64,000 bases of DNA from Cetorhinus maximus (Eukaryota), in the NCBI RefSeq assembly GCF_964194155.1, contig NC_135894.1, positions 78,306,001 through 78,370,000 of the forward strand, written 5' to 3'. A program made the position numbers and the translations under genes. Positions 25,723 through 38,470 of this stretch are shown here, piece after piece (positions within the stretch are counted from its first letter, which is position 1; every line of letters starts with the position of its first letter). The notes below the pieces were generated by a model. That model had not been told where the DNA came from. It did no database searches and saw only the letters and a program-made list of their open reading frames with translations.

Positions 25723-27403
25723 TTACATCTTCTTAACCTTCCTAACCCTGCTGCTATATCTTGGTGCTCCCCCGACATCCACAGCAGAGGTGGAGGCAGC
25801 CTGCTGACTGCTACACCCTATTGACTGTGAAGGCCTTGGCGGATGTCCTCTGGAGGGCTGAGGCCTGGACAGCCACGGCCTACTTTCGGGGTCCTGCTGT
25901 GTGGCAGTGCCACACTCCTCGGCCTGTGGAGCTGGAGCTGCTGGGGTCACAGGTAGAGATGATTCGGATGGGCCAGTCGCTCCCAGAATCATCTGAGTGG
26001 TTGGCCCTGGGTTGTGCACCTGCTGATCCTCCCTGCTGTGGGTGCCCAAGGGCCCTTGGCTGACTCCTTGAGAGGAAGGGGCAACTGGAGTGAGCTCGAG
26101 ATGCCCCACACCACCTCATGTTGTCACTGATGGATGCCAGCAAGTGCCTCAGCGATGGATTGCAGATCCTGCAGCTGTGCAGGACTAATGTCCTGGACCA
26201 AGGTCTCCACGGTGTCTCCCATCCTACCAGCGTTGACCATGTCGGTGCTATCACCACGGTCTGAAAGTGGATGGAATCCTCCATTGTACCTTGCAATCTG
26301 AGAAATGTAGCAGATATCCCTTCCTGATATTCCTGAGTTTGCCTTTGCAGCTCCAGCAACTGAGGTATTCCGAGTCCAATGGCCCCTCATCTAACTTGGA
26401 CTCAGCAAACCCCTGGCTTCCAGCAATCTGCCGAGTGCTGGCCCCTGGGAAGTCCCTGCCTCCGCCTGCTGTGGATCAGGCAGTGTGACGTGCTCACCAG
26501 ATTGTGACCCCGAGGCTAATCTAGAACTAGGTCCCACTGAAGTGTGTGTCCCTGCACTGGTGGAGGGTGTGAGTGAGCGCTGTGATGGGTCTTCATTGTT
26601 GGTGTCTGTGGATTCCTGTTCCATAGTGTCCTTGGGGCTGGAATCGATGACCTGTCTGGTGGACCCCTTGGCTGCTTCCCAGATGTGCTGGCAGAAGCAA
26701 GGAGAGAAATTAATGCATGGTAGGGGAACAGGGGAGCTCACTCACAGTATGGTTCCCTGATGGATGTTGCTCTGCTGAGCACCGCCAACCTCACCGTCAG
26801 CTCAGGGAACGGTCCAGATCCTCACCGGCCAGCTGGATTGCTCTATTTTCAAAGTCTGTCAGCACCTTGAGGTCAGGCATTCCTCCACCAGTCTGGGCTT
26901 CTCCCTTTTGTTCTGTGCCAACTTGTTCCTGAGTGAAGACAGATGGAGAGAGTGTAAGCAGGACAGCTGCCAGGCCAGATGATAAGGATGCCTGGCATGT
27001 GTGGGTGGTGAGTTGTGCCATGGATGAGATGAGCACACGATCCACAGGGCAGATGAAGGTGTGTGTGAGAGAGTGAGCGTGATGACCCTGAGCTGGCAGT
27101 GAGTGAGATCCCTGTGTATGTGTGATGGGTTTGTGAGTTGAGAAGAGAAGAGTGACTTACCCTGGCAGAACAGAGGAGATCATTCATCCTCTTTTGGCAC
27201 TGGGTGGCTGTCCTCTTTTGCAGGGCGTTGGTGCTGACCACCACTGCCACTGCCTCCCATGCTGGATTGGTACTTGCTGATCTTTGTCCAGAGCAGGAGT
27301 AGAGGACATCGCGGCAGGCCCCCAGTGCCTCTAGTAGGTGCTCGAGGGAGGTGTCGCTAAATTTGGGGGCAGCATGTTTCCTAGTCCGAGGCTGCTCTGC
27401 CAA
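25723..27403 (-). pseudogene. Harbinger Myb/SANT-like DNA-binding protein gene (NAIF1/MSANTD-like), three exons: 27403-27161, 26928-26746, 26687-25723
   Basis: PKFSDTSLEHLLEAL..WEAVAVVV..RTATQCQKRMNDL is a Myb-like trihelix motif. GTAAGT donor at 27160 with CAG acceptor at 26929. TGGG motif in exon 2. GTGAGT donor at 26745 with CAG acceptor at 26688. Basic C-terminus RVRKVKKM*. Frameshifts present. Confidence 0.85.
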
Positions 27404-29892
27404 TGCTCCAATGTAAAACTTGTGCCTCTGATTTTTTTAAACTATTTTCCACATGATATGGGGGTTAAATTCCGTCAGCAGGTCAAACGCAGATATCCCC
27501 GCTAATTTCAGGAAAAATCCCGGCCATCGAGTTAGATACGGCACAGAAGGAGGCTATTCAGCCTATTGAGTTCATGCTGGCCCCCTGAATCCAGCCTGTC
27601 CCACTCCCCTGCTCGACCCCCGTAGCCATTTTCCTTCAGCTGCCCGAACAGTTTCCTTTTGAATCATTGAATCCAGTGAACGTTTTATCTTGGATTATAC
27701 TGTGACTTAATATTCCATGGTTTAAGTCTATTAAATAATGTTCATTAGAAACTTACTGAAAGTAAGACAGAACACAAATAGATTTCTGTGAAAATGAGAA
27801 AGTACAATCTAACTGAAGTCATCAACCAGGTATGTCATCTACAATTGTGAAAATGTCAGGCTTTTGCCCCCTTCCCTCTTCCTTGCCTATTAAGCTCCAT
27901 TTTCTAGGCAGTTGGCCTACAGAAGGGTAAATCGAACCCATCTCTATCAATCTTCAGACAAAAGTAAAGTAAGAGATACAATTCTATCTTGGGGATGGCA
28001 CTGTTCATACTGTGAAGAATACCTTGGAAGATTTGTTAGATTCCAAAGTAGTGTGAATGTCTTTTCATCATTATTTTGAAGTTTGATAAAATGTATGTAT
28101 GCCAAGCAGAGCATTGTTGGTGTAAGTATGAATGGGAGAGGTGGAGATTTGGAACTGGGCTAAGGATGGGAGGTTATTAGTGCTTCGTGCATCAAGGTTT
28201 ACGTGAAAAGGAACCACTTATTTTCTTCAGACACCAGTCATGTTAAGGCTCACAAGTGAAAGACATGTGTAATACAGCCTGTCAAAAAATAAGCCTTAAT
28301 ATTCATGTGCAGATTGACACGATTCCTGGTCCTAGATAAGGATGATCTTTTGAGCCCAGGAGCAATTTCAAACCTGTAAGGGTCCTATGTGAAATGAGAT
28401 GGCCAGTCTTAACCAAATTCTTAGTGTGAATGAACCCCCAGTTTGCCACTAATTGACATCAAACTCGTAATCTCACTCAGAGCGGACTTAAAGATGATTC
28501 AAATAACTTGAGGGAGACATTTGTCATGGTCCAATAGAGGGTGCCGTGCTTGCATTTAATTATCAGGTACCTGACCTTGAACACTAGAAGCTGACACTTG
28601 GAGCCCAAAATGTTCCATTTCACCACACTATTAACCCTCAACTTAATGAATACAAAATTCATTGGAAAAACAGATTCAGGGCAGGCAAAGAGGAAATTGA
28701 ACCTGTTTCCTGAGGAGAGGTTAACTGAACATCATTCTCTTTCAGTGAAGGTTGGATGAGTGGTTAGATTAGAGCCCGAATGAAGCTCACACCTATGACT
28801 TAGAAAGCATTTCACATTTTCACTCTAGCATGTTTACTTAGGCAATATTTCATTAAAAAAAAACAGCTATTATTTGTGGAGATTATATTTACTGGTGGTG
28901 GTGAGTTAAGGTGCAGGGGGTTGATGGGTGCTGCCCATCGTTTAGTCTGTTGATCGTTTCTAATCGTTAACCAGTAATTGTCCAGTTCCTTTTACTGTTT
29001 GGTTGCTTTTGGTGATCACTCCATTTTTGGACCTCTTTAAGTAGCTGCTATTCTGTGAATCTGATCGAGATGTCCATGACCCTCTCACCATTCCTCTGAA
29101 CTTTGCAATGATACTTGTTTTTTCAGTTGCAATTCATTAGCTGCATTATGGCAGAATAGTTAAACTAATATTGGTGGCATAGGGTGTTGGTTTATAAATA
29201 CTCAGCAGGAAATGAAAAGGCCATGGAATTTTGACCAATAAATATTTTATTTAAACGACATTCAGTAGGAGATTTTTGTGACTTCTTTCCATCCTTGTGA
29301 TATTTTCATCAAGTGTTAATATGGCTAGAGTTTCAAAAGATAACACAAAACGAGCTTCATTATATTATTATTAACTGATAAATGTGGCAGTCAACCCCAC
29401 AGCAGCAAATACCTGATTAGTGACTATTAATGCTGGGGATGAGAGCATGCAATATTATTGTACAACTGCTTAAAACATTTGTATTAAATTCTTCTGTCAC
29501 ATTGACCAATGCATTTCAAAAGATAAAACTAAAAACTGATCTAACAGCCCCAAATGAGGTGCTGTGGACCATTAGCAGCAGAACTGTATACCAGCACAGT
29601 CTGTAATTACAACGCCCTCACGTTCCTCTATCCCCATCGAACCAGAAGATCAACTCTAGTTTAATGCAGAGTGTAGAAGGACATGCCAGGAATAGCACTT
29701 TAGGATGAAACAGCAACTTGTTGAAGCTACAACACATTAAACAGCAAAAGCAGCAGGCTATAGCCAGAGATATGCAACTCAGCAAAACTCTAAAACAAAA
29801 GCAAAATACTGAAGATGCTGGAAATCTGAAATAAAAATGGAAAATCTTGGAAAAACTCAGCAGGTCTGGCAGCACCTGTGGAGAGAGAAATA

Positions 29893-29930
29893 GAGTTAAC
29901 GTTTCGAGTCCGTATGACTCTTCTTCAGAA
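29893..29930 (-). ncRNA. Minimal type I hammerhead ribozyme motif (Penelope-associated)
   Basis: CTGAAGA-A-GAGTC-atacg-GACTC-GAAA-CGTTA: catalytic boxes intact, perfect 5-bp stem II, palindromic AACGTT stem III. Confidence 0.7.
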
Positions 29931-30369
29931 TGGAAACTGGCCCTTGCAGGGGAAACGGTGGGCGATTTGAGGAAAAGAGATTGGATTAAAAAAAGGGTCA
30001 AGATGGAGGAAACAGTTCATGGTCCGAAGTTGTTGAACTCAACGTTAAGTCCAGAAAGCTGCAAAGTGGCTAATCGGACGATGAAGTGCTGTTCCTCCAG
30101 TTTGCTTTGGGCTTCACTGGAACATTGCAGCAGACCTCCCCCTACAAGGACCAGTCTGTAGCCTGTTCTTATGTTTTGCTTTCACAGAGCGCTGACCCTT
30201 GTTCTGCTGTTAACACCTTCTGCTATCTTACCTTTATGCCTCCTTTAGTTTTTAACACCACCATTAACACTCCCTTTGTCTTGTGTCCATAGCATCCTTG
30301 TCAAATCTCTCCTGAGCTCCGACCTTTCCCTGACCTTTTATTTTGCTCCAAATCCATCACCTTTCTGTG

Positions 30370-30403
30370 CTGAAGAAGAGCCATAGGGACTCGAAACGTT
30401 AAC
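30370..30403 (+). ncRNA. Minimal hammerhead ribozyme motif, second copy
   Basis: CTGAAGA-A-GAGCCATAGGGACTC-GAAA-CGTTA. Stem II has one mismatch. Confidence 0.6.
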
Positions 30404-30879
30404 CGTTTCTTTCTCCACAGATGCTGCCAGACCTGCTGAGTTTTTCCGGCATTTTCTGTTTTGATTTCAGTACAAAACTCTGCTGCCTGAGCTCATCCTC
30501 TAGAGAATGTTGATGAATAATTAGATAATCACCTTCAACTAAAAGTGCTCTGACTCACTGGAGGCTGCCACGTTCATGCATCTAAATATCTGGCCAATTT
30601 CTTTCACTCCACGTGATATTAGGTAGCAGTTAAGTACACTGGACGCAGCAACGGCTGTGGCCCCAATAAAATCCCAGCTGTAGCGCTAAAGCCCTGCACG
30701 CCAGAACTTGCTACAATCCTGGTCATTTTATTCCAGTGCGGCTACCGATCTAAAAAAAAACCTAACAATCCTGAAACTGATATTGATCACAAGATGGCAG
30801 GTACTCTGAATGATTGCTTCCTCAAACTATTCACACGGACAAACTGCTGTCCCCAAATAAAGAGTGTCAATGCTTAATT

Positions 30880-31890
30880 CAAGATCCGAAATGAGATGGA
30901 AGCCCAAGGCGATCTGAAAGGGCTTAAAGAAACTAAATTATCAGTGCTGGATGCCAGTTAGCCTAGAGTCTTGCGAGAGACCGGCAAAGAGATTTGAAAG
31001 GCAATCTTGATGGAGCCTGGAAAAGGAGCAGTAGATTAGAAACATGCTAACATGCTGGCTATATTCAAGAAGGATGACAAAGCAAACTCATTAGTCTTCC
31101 TTCAATTCCATTAAAAAAAACTTGAATTAATTATCAGGAGAAAATGTGAGGGTTATAACGTATAATGACAACCTAATACACAACGGTTAACATGTCTTCA
31201 GAAAAGGCAAATCCTGTCTGGCTAAGTTCCTTGATTTCTTTCAGGAAGTGATGATCGAAGTTGACTGTGGTAATTCTATATGCTGTATAATTCAGCAACC
31301 AAAAGGCACTTCATAAAGTTCCACAAAGAATATTACTAATCAAGTTCAAAGCAATAGGGACTCAGGATGTAAAGAAAACTGGCTGAAGAGTAGAGTACTA
31401 GTCAAAGAGGTAACGTCAGGGTATAAAGGAGAAATACTGAGTGGTTGCACTAGGGCTCAATGTTGGGAGCATGACTGTTTCTCATTTGCAGATTGGCTTG
31501 GATTTGGAAACTCAATGCAAATTGATTAAATTTGTACATGATACCAAATTAAGAGGAGTAGTGAAATAAAAGGAAGCAGCCCAGGAACTGCAGAGCATGT
31601 GTGTGGGCTGAACAATGTGGATGAAATTCAGTGCAGGTAGCATAAAACATCGCACATAGAAAGGAAAAATGAGCAAAAATACATACTTCTTGAGTGGTGT
31701 TGAAATAGCAAAGGATAAAGTTGAAAGGATCTAGGGTCTTGACAGAATCAGTGCTCAACATGTCTAGCCAACACAGAGCAGCAATCATCATAGACAGTAG
31801 ATTGTAAATCACATAGCTAAAACAGTGGGATAGAAGTCAGATGAAATTGAGGTCAAACTGCACAGTGCTCTGGTCAGACCATACAATAAC
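30880..31890 (+). mobile_element. Old decayed CR1 LINE RT region, continuing at about 37125-37290 after the L2 and Harbinger B insertions
   Basis: Degenerate CR1 motifs: gaaaaggcaaatcctgtctgg, cataaagttccaca, gggctcaatgttggg, aaatttgtacatgataccaaatt, cacagtgctctggtcagacca. Confidence 0.6.
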
Positions 31891-31899
31891 AGTAGCAAC

Positions 31900-32435
31900 G
31901 TGCATTCCCTTCCTGGTTTCATGTTAGTCATATTGTGAACGGTTCTCATTCTTCAGGTACTGATCTCCTCTCCTTCAAATCTGCCATTGTCACCCCTCTC
32001 TTCAAACGCACAACCCTTTGCCCTATCATTCTTGCAAACTGCCATTCCATAGTCAACCTTCCGTTCCTCTCCAAAATCCTTGTATGTGTTGTCACTTCCT
32101 AAATCTGTGGCCATCTTTCCAAAAGTTCCACTTGTAAATCTCCCCAGTCAGGTTTCTGCCCCGGCCATAGTACCAAAACATCTCTTAACAAAGTCACCAC
32201 TGAAATCCAACGTGACTGTGACAAAAAGGCAAACTGTGAGGGATGACTCGAGAGGCTTTGTATTTCAGTCAGGGATGGGAATGTCTAAGAACTGCCCTTA
32301 ACTCCCTCCTGAGCCAAGCTTTTTGTCACCCCTTTCAATATCTCCTTCTTTGGTTCAGCATTGATTTTTGTCTGATTACATTTCTGTGAAGGGCCTTGGG
32401 ACTCTTTCTTATGTACCATATAAATGCAAATTATT
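31900..32435 (+). mobile_element. L2-type LINE fragment and 3' tail
   Basis: FKSAIVTPL-like, NLPFLSKIL-like and QSGF motifs. Its tail tataaatgcaaattatt|gttgttg is split by Harbinger B. Confidence 0.65.
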
Positions 32436-33319
32436 GGCCGGAATTTTACAGCCCTGTTGGGTGACATGGCGGGTGAGGGGTGGGTGGGGGTGGGGGTGGG
32501 GGTTGTACAATGTGGTGAGAAGGCCAAAAATCGGTTGTCTTCTCCCAGCTGGCTTTCCGTGTGTTGCCAAGGCAAGGACTCCAGTGTGGGTCAGACAGTG
32601 TGGGGGGAGGGGGGGGAGGTAGTGGGGGAGGGCTGCAGGTTGGGGGGCAAGGGAGCACAGACTGACTGAAGGAAAGATTCAAGCATATGCCGTGGGGTGA
32701 TGGGGGGAGGGAGGGGTGAGGGAAGAGGCCATGCACTTGGGAAAACTTGTCAAAAGTCAAAAGTGAGAATTCTTCTGCAGCGGAGACCATTCAGCAGCAG
32801 CTCCATTGATGTGCTTGGAATCAGAGCTCTGAATCTTTTCTGCCCACTCAAGCAACACAAAAGCATGAAAGGGCCACCAAATGCTCCAGAGCTCTTCACT
32901 CCTCGGGCACAGACTGCAAATTAATGTGCGTTTTGGGGGAGCAGCGGAACAATTGGCCAACTGGGCAAGCTGTAGAATCCCCTTGCGAAAGGTGGCCATG
33001 GCGCAGCCCCTTGCAATGTCTTTATTAAAGTGCAGACCAGTATCCATTATTGTTCAAGCTAACAGCACAGCCTTGCAATGCCTGCCCCTGAGCTGAGAGC
33101 ATGCAGTCCAACTGAAGCTGCTGCCAATCGGTCAAGTGGAGTGGGGTGGAGGAAGGTGGGGTTTCAGACAGCCAATGAGCGCACTACACACTGGCCATCC
33201 ATGAGGTGGCCAGCACTCTCCTGCATGCGTGAAGGGCCTTCAGACTTTACCAAGAGAGGTTCTTAGAACACATATGCTAACCCATGGGTGCCTCTCTTCG
33301 TTGCTGCAGGAGGAGAGCA

Positions 33320-34512
33320 GGCCTGGTGATTTAGTGGTATGCCTCATGGTTTACAGAGATCAGAGAAGTAGAAGAAGAGAGTGGCGGAGGCACTTGGCTC
33401 AGCAAAGGGACAGCACCACCCTCAAGATGAAGGGGCAGCAGGGCCTGCTACGCACGCAGCTGGAGATCCACAACAAGCGGTCACCCGTAGGTATCTCGCT
33501 AAACCCAGGGTCTATACACAGCGCCTGTCATTCCTGCAGATGACTGAGAACCAGTGTCACCAAAGATTGTGCATTTCTAGCGAATTGGTCAGTCACATAT
33601 GTCACCTGCTGCAGGATTTGGTGCCACGGGGACATGGAGGGCATCCACTGCCAGTGATCATGAAAATGGCCGCAGCGCTCAATTTTCAGACCAGTGGCTC
33701 CTTCCAGGGTTCCACAGGTGACATGTGTAGGATCTTGCAAGCCTCCACGTACAAGTGCATCCAGGAGGTCACAGACGCCATCTTTGTGAAGGCGCAGAAC
33801 TTTTGTGCATTTCACCTGGGATCTGAAAAGCCAGGAAGCAAGGGCACTGGGATTTACACAGATCTCACGTTTCCCACAGGTGCAGGGTGCCATCGACTGC
33901 ACTCATGTGGCATTTAGATCTCCGTGGCAACAAGCAGTCAACTACACCAACCACAAGGGCTTCCACTCTCTGAACGTTCAGCTGGTATGCGCCCACCACA
34001 AGCACCTCCTTAGCAGATCTCAGATCACTGACATCTTCCAGGGTCCAGAGAGGGTGCAGGGATGGTCCTTCAGAGACATGGGCTACCCGCAGACGACATG
34101 GCTGACGATGCCCATGCGGCAGCCTCACTGCAGCAGAGTGACGTTATAATGAGCTCATGCCACGACCCGGACTTTGGTGGAGCAAACTTTAGGCATTTTG
34201 AAAATGAGGTTCCGGTGCCTCGACAGGTCTGGTGGAGCACTGCAATACAGTCCACTGAGGATGTCACTCATCATCGTCGCTTGTTGTGCATTCCACAACC
34301 TGGCGCTGCAACAGGAGGAGGGCCTGGCTGAGGAAGAGATGAAGGAGCTGAATGTGCCCTCTGATGAGGAGGACGTCGAAGGGGATGACGGTGATCAGGT
34401 CCTCGAAGGCGAGGATGTCGGCAATGAGGCCATCGCACTGGCCAGTGGCAGATGTACTCGGGAGATCCTGGTAGCCGCAACATTCGTGGAGGATGATGAC
34501 GAGATGCAGTGA
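33320..34512 (+). pseudogene. Harbinger DDE transposase (HARBI1-like), frameshifted
   Basis: HPLPVIMKMAAALNFQTSGSFQ, FPQVQGAIDCTHV, NHKGFHSLNVQLVC, FRDMGYP, VEQTLGILKMRFRCL, IIVACCAFHNLA and an acidic C-terminus ending DDDEMQ*. Confidence 0.93.
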
Positions 34513-35205
34513 GGACAGTCCTGACATCCCCATCTTGCACCTGTGAAAATTTGAATCCTGTGTGGCTGATGGCAGCGCACATACCCTCAGTGCTCAGGTC
34601 CATGTCATGGAGACACAGCGGAGGCCCAAATAGTTGCTAGATGATGATGGCATGCAGTGAGGGCACTCCATAGGTCTTCACATAGCCTCTGTGAATGTCT
34701 GAATCCTGTCTGACTGAGGGAAACTTACTTGCACTCAGGGTCATATCACAGAGATGCAGCCATGAAACTTTAAATGCATCAAATTCTTTGTGAGCCATTA
34801 GCATCTGAGCCCTTCAGGAGCACAACGTCACCGATCAAGATGCTGAAGAGATGGGGACCAGCCCCGCCTCAAAGATGCTGAGAGCACACAGAGAGTGACA
34901 GTTCTATGTGACTCCTGACCACGACATTCTAGCAGCAATGACAAGCACCATTGAGATGCAGGCATCAGTAACGTGTTCAGTGAGCGTTAATCACTTTGGT
35001 CTGAAGGTTACACACTGCACAGGGAAGAGGTCCTGGACTGAGACATCTGCCTTTATCTTGTGCAGGAACCAAAGTTTCACATCTGAGTGACACGTACGCT
35101 GCTCATTATAACAAGTGGCAATAGGCAAGGAGACATTCTTGGGAGTTTATGTACCATAGTGAACATTATGTACAAGTGATTAACGCACGTGTCCAGGCTA
35201 TGCAA

Positions 35206-36909
35206 TTACATCTTCTTAACCTTCCTAACCCTGCCGGTATAGCTTGGTGCTCCACCGACATCCACAGTGGAGGTGGAGGCAGCCTGCTGACTGCTATGCC
35301 CTGCCTGGTGAGCTTTATGGGCATCCTCTGGAGGGCCAAGACCTGGAGGATCCCAGCTTGCTTTCAGGGTCCTGCTGTGTGGCAGTGGCACCCTCCTCAA
35401 CCTGTGGTGCAGGAGCTGCTAGGATCACAGGAAGAAGGGAATCGGATGGGCCAGACACTCCCAGAGTCACCTGGGTGGATGGCCCCGGGGTGTGCACTTT
35501 CTGATACTCCTCCCTGTGGGTGCCTGAGGGCCCCTGGCTGACTCTTTGAGGAGAAGGAGTAGCTGGAGTGAGATCGAGCTGCTCCACACCCCTCTTGTGT
35601 TGATACTGCTGGAGGCCAACTATGGTGTTAGTGATGGAGTTCCGCCTGTGGAGCAGTACAGGACCAATGTCCTGGACCAAGGTCTCCATGGCAGCCACCA
35701 TTCTACCAGTGTTGACCTCAGTGCGTTGGCATGCTGGTGCTATCACTTCAGACTTAAGGTGGACGGAATCTTCCATCATGCCTTGCAATCTGAGGAGTAC
35801 AGTGGACATCCCTTCCTGATGTTCCTGAGCTTCCCTTTGCAGCTCCAGCAATTGAGGTATGACTGAGTCCAGAGGCTCCTCATCTGACTTGGATTCAGTA
35901 GGTTTCTGGCCTCCAGTACTCCCCCGAGTGCTGGAAACATGGGAAGTCCCTGCCTCCGCCTGATGGGATCAGACAGTGTGATATACTCACCAGATTGTGA
36001 TCCCGAGGCTACTCTAGAGCTAGGTCCCACCGAGGTGTGTGCCTCTGTGCTGGTGGAGGGTGTGGGTGAGCGCTGTGATGGGTCTTCAATTAGGGTGTCA
36101 TTAGATTATTCTTCTGAGGTGCCTTCTGGGCTTGAGTTGAGGACCTGGGTCGTGGATGTTTTCGGCTGCTTCCCATATGTGCCTGTATGTGCAAGGAGAG
36201 ATAATTAATGCATGGCAGGGGACTGCAGAACAGGAGAACTGACTCAGCATGGTTGTCTGATGGTTGTTGCACAGCTGGATTCCCACTTGGTTGTTGACCT
36301 CACCATCAGCACAGGAACGATCCAGATCTTCTCTGGCCAGCTGTCTGACTCTATTTTCAAAGTCTGTGAGGACCTTGATGTCAGGCATTCCTCCACCGGT
36401 CTGCCATCTCCCCCTTACGTTGTGTGCCAGCTTGTCCTGCATGAGTACAGATGGAGAGAGTGTAAGCAGGATGCCTGCCAGGCCAGATGATAAGGATACC
36501 TGGCATGTGTGGTGCCACGGATGGGATGAGGGCATGATCCGCAGGCAGATGAAGATATGTGTTAGAGAGTGAATGGTGATGTCCCTTGAACCGGCAGTGA
36601 TTGAGATCCCTATGGATGTGTGATGGGTTTGTGAGTGTGTGAGTTTAGACTGATGAGAAGAGTGACTTACCCTGGTGGGACAGAGATCATTCACCCTCTT
36701 TCGGCACTGGGTGACTATCCTCTTTCGAAGGGCCTTGGCACTGACCAGCACTGCCACTGCCTCACATGCTGGATTGGTGGCCTTGCTTGCTCGCCTTCTC
36801 CCAGAGTGGGGATAGAGGACTTCACGGCGGGCCTCCATGGCATCCAGTAGGTGCTCGAGGGAGGCATCGCTAAATTTGAGAGCAGCATTTTCCTCCTTTT
36901 GGATGGCAC
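35206..36909 (-). pseudogene. Harbinger Myb/SANT-like protein gene, copy B (spliced, decayed)
   Basis: EARREVLYP..NPACEAVAVLV..RIVTQCRKRVNDL. GTAAGT donor at 36670 and CAG acceptor at 36437. Exon 2 reads DKLAHNVRGRWQTGGG. Ends RVRKVKKM* like copy A. Confidence 0.85.
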
Positions 36910-37717
36910 CGGGTTACTAAAGGTGATGGCGGAGCAGGCGAATCAGAAGCCGCTCTGCCAGCGATCCGCCATGTTTCCTGGGAAAGCGTTATTAGTGATC
37001 TGCGCCAGGAATGAGCTGATACGGAGTGAAAATCTGCCATTGCAGCCGACAGGTAAAACGTCCTTTTCCCCGCCCGCTACCGCACTTTATGCAAATCTGG
37101 AACGATTCCACCCATTGTTGTTGAGGTATTAATCTGAAATGCTATTTAAAACTAAAGAGTATAAATAAGACAAGGAGACACAGGTTTAAGCTAGTAAAAG
37201 GTAACTTTAGGACTGATATTAGGAGGTGGGTCTTTACACAGATTGATCACCATTTGGACTGGACTTCTGAGCTTAATAGTCTGTGACCATTAGGTAAGAG
37301 TACCTATCCTTGACAATAAGGCAACATTGGACCGAGTAGTGATCAGCTAGGTGTCATGATCAGAAGGTTGCCAATTTGACCATTATAAACAAATTCCACT
37401 GTATTCCCTTGATGGCAAAAATGTGCACTTTATAGAGAAGGAAAAGGTTAATGAAGCTAATAAAGAGAAAAAAAAGAAACTTACAGAAAGCTGAAACAAT
37501 AACAGCACCTGCTGGAAACCCTCAACTCAGATCAGAGAGAACAGGACCTACAGATGAACAGCATTTAAAAAGGAACAGAACAAAGGAAAGGGGAGGGAAA
37601 ACAGACTTGAGGAATAATTCTTAAAGTGCTTATAGTCAAAACAGGAGATGGTTAAATGGCAGGATTTTTTTTTACCAGGAGATTATAAGAGGCACAATGA
37701 GTCAAATGAAAGACATA

Positions 37718-38466
37718 GGACTGCATATTACGGGAGGCGGATGGCTTGCCCAGCCCAGAAGCAAAGTCGGTAAAAAGCCGACGTCCTCCACGCCCGATTG
37801 CCCTGCTTCCATAACGCGCTGTGGGTGGGCTAAATTGCCTCACTGGTGAGGAAGTCCCGCCTTTGGCAGCTGCCAGCCAATTGGATTGGCCAGCAGCTCC
37901 AGCAGTCCCAGCAGTGCCAAGAGAGCATTAGTGGGCACAGCTGGGACTGCAACCAGTCCCAAGTAGGAGGTCCAATGGATCCTGGAGTAAGGTAAATCTG
38001 GGGTATTGGGCAGGGAGGGCTGTGTCAATTTTGGAAGGGGTGGGGGGTGGGCCTGGTGGATTTTGGCGAGCAGGCGGGTAGGAGAAAAGGGGAGATACTA
38101 TCTTAGGGGGGGCTGTACCTGATGCACAAAGGGTACTGCCCCCACCCCCCTCCCCGAAGATAGTACCCCCTTAGCGGCCTGCCCACTCCTGCCTGACTGC
38201 CCACGTTAACTGTATTATGGCACGGGCAGCATATTATTGGTGTCAATTGGTTTATTAACAAGCCCAATTGACCCTTGATTATCTATTTAAATATGGTGGG
38301 CAGGCTGTCGATTTTGGTGCCCGCCCACCAAACGTGTTATGGGGGTGAGCTCGGGGGGGGTGGGCAGGAAGGTGGTGGGGTGGGCACCTGCCCTATTTGA
38401 CACCCCCCACCCACCCCCTCCCCCTCACCACAAACCCATCCAGCAGGGGCACGTAAAATGCAGCCC
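37718..38466. mobile_element. Harbinger-type MITE
   Basis: Termini ggactgcatattacg / cgtaaaatgcagccc. ATA duplicated on both sides. Confidence 0.75.
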
Positions 38467-38470
38467 ATAG

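Larger units (their letters stand above)
18986..27525 (+). mobile_element. PIF/Harbinger-superfamily DNA transposon copy A (decayed autonomous element) with nested SINE, MITE and CR1
   Basis: TIRs ggccaggattttc / gaaaaatcccggcc. TSD ATA/ATC. Removing it restores a CR1 tail (gagtcatagagttagatacggcacagaagg). Encodes a transposase and a Myb-like gene. Confidence 0.88.
29791..30470. mobile_element. Penelope-like retroelement remnant with inverted terminal repeats
   Basis: About 100-bp inverted arms (about 29825-29928 and 30370-30470). The minus strand at about 30027-30133 encodes LLQCSSEAQSKLEEQHFIVRLATLQLSGLNVEFNNF, typical of a Penelope GIY-YIG C-terminus. Confidence 0.85.
32436..37113 (+). 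mobile_element. PIF/Harbinger-superfamily DNA transposon copy B (decayed autonomous element), about 4.7 kb
   Basis: Termini ggccggaatttt ... aacgattccaccc. ATT duplicated at 32433-32435 and 37114-37116. The flanks rejoin an L2 tail. Colinear with copy A. Confidence 0.88.

Noticed and set aside
21280-36909. Domesticated HARBI1/NAIF1 host genes
   Set aside because: Both pairs have frameshifts and stops and are bounded by TIRs and TSDs, so they are decayed transposons.
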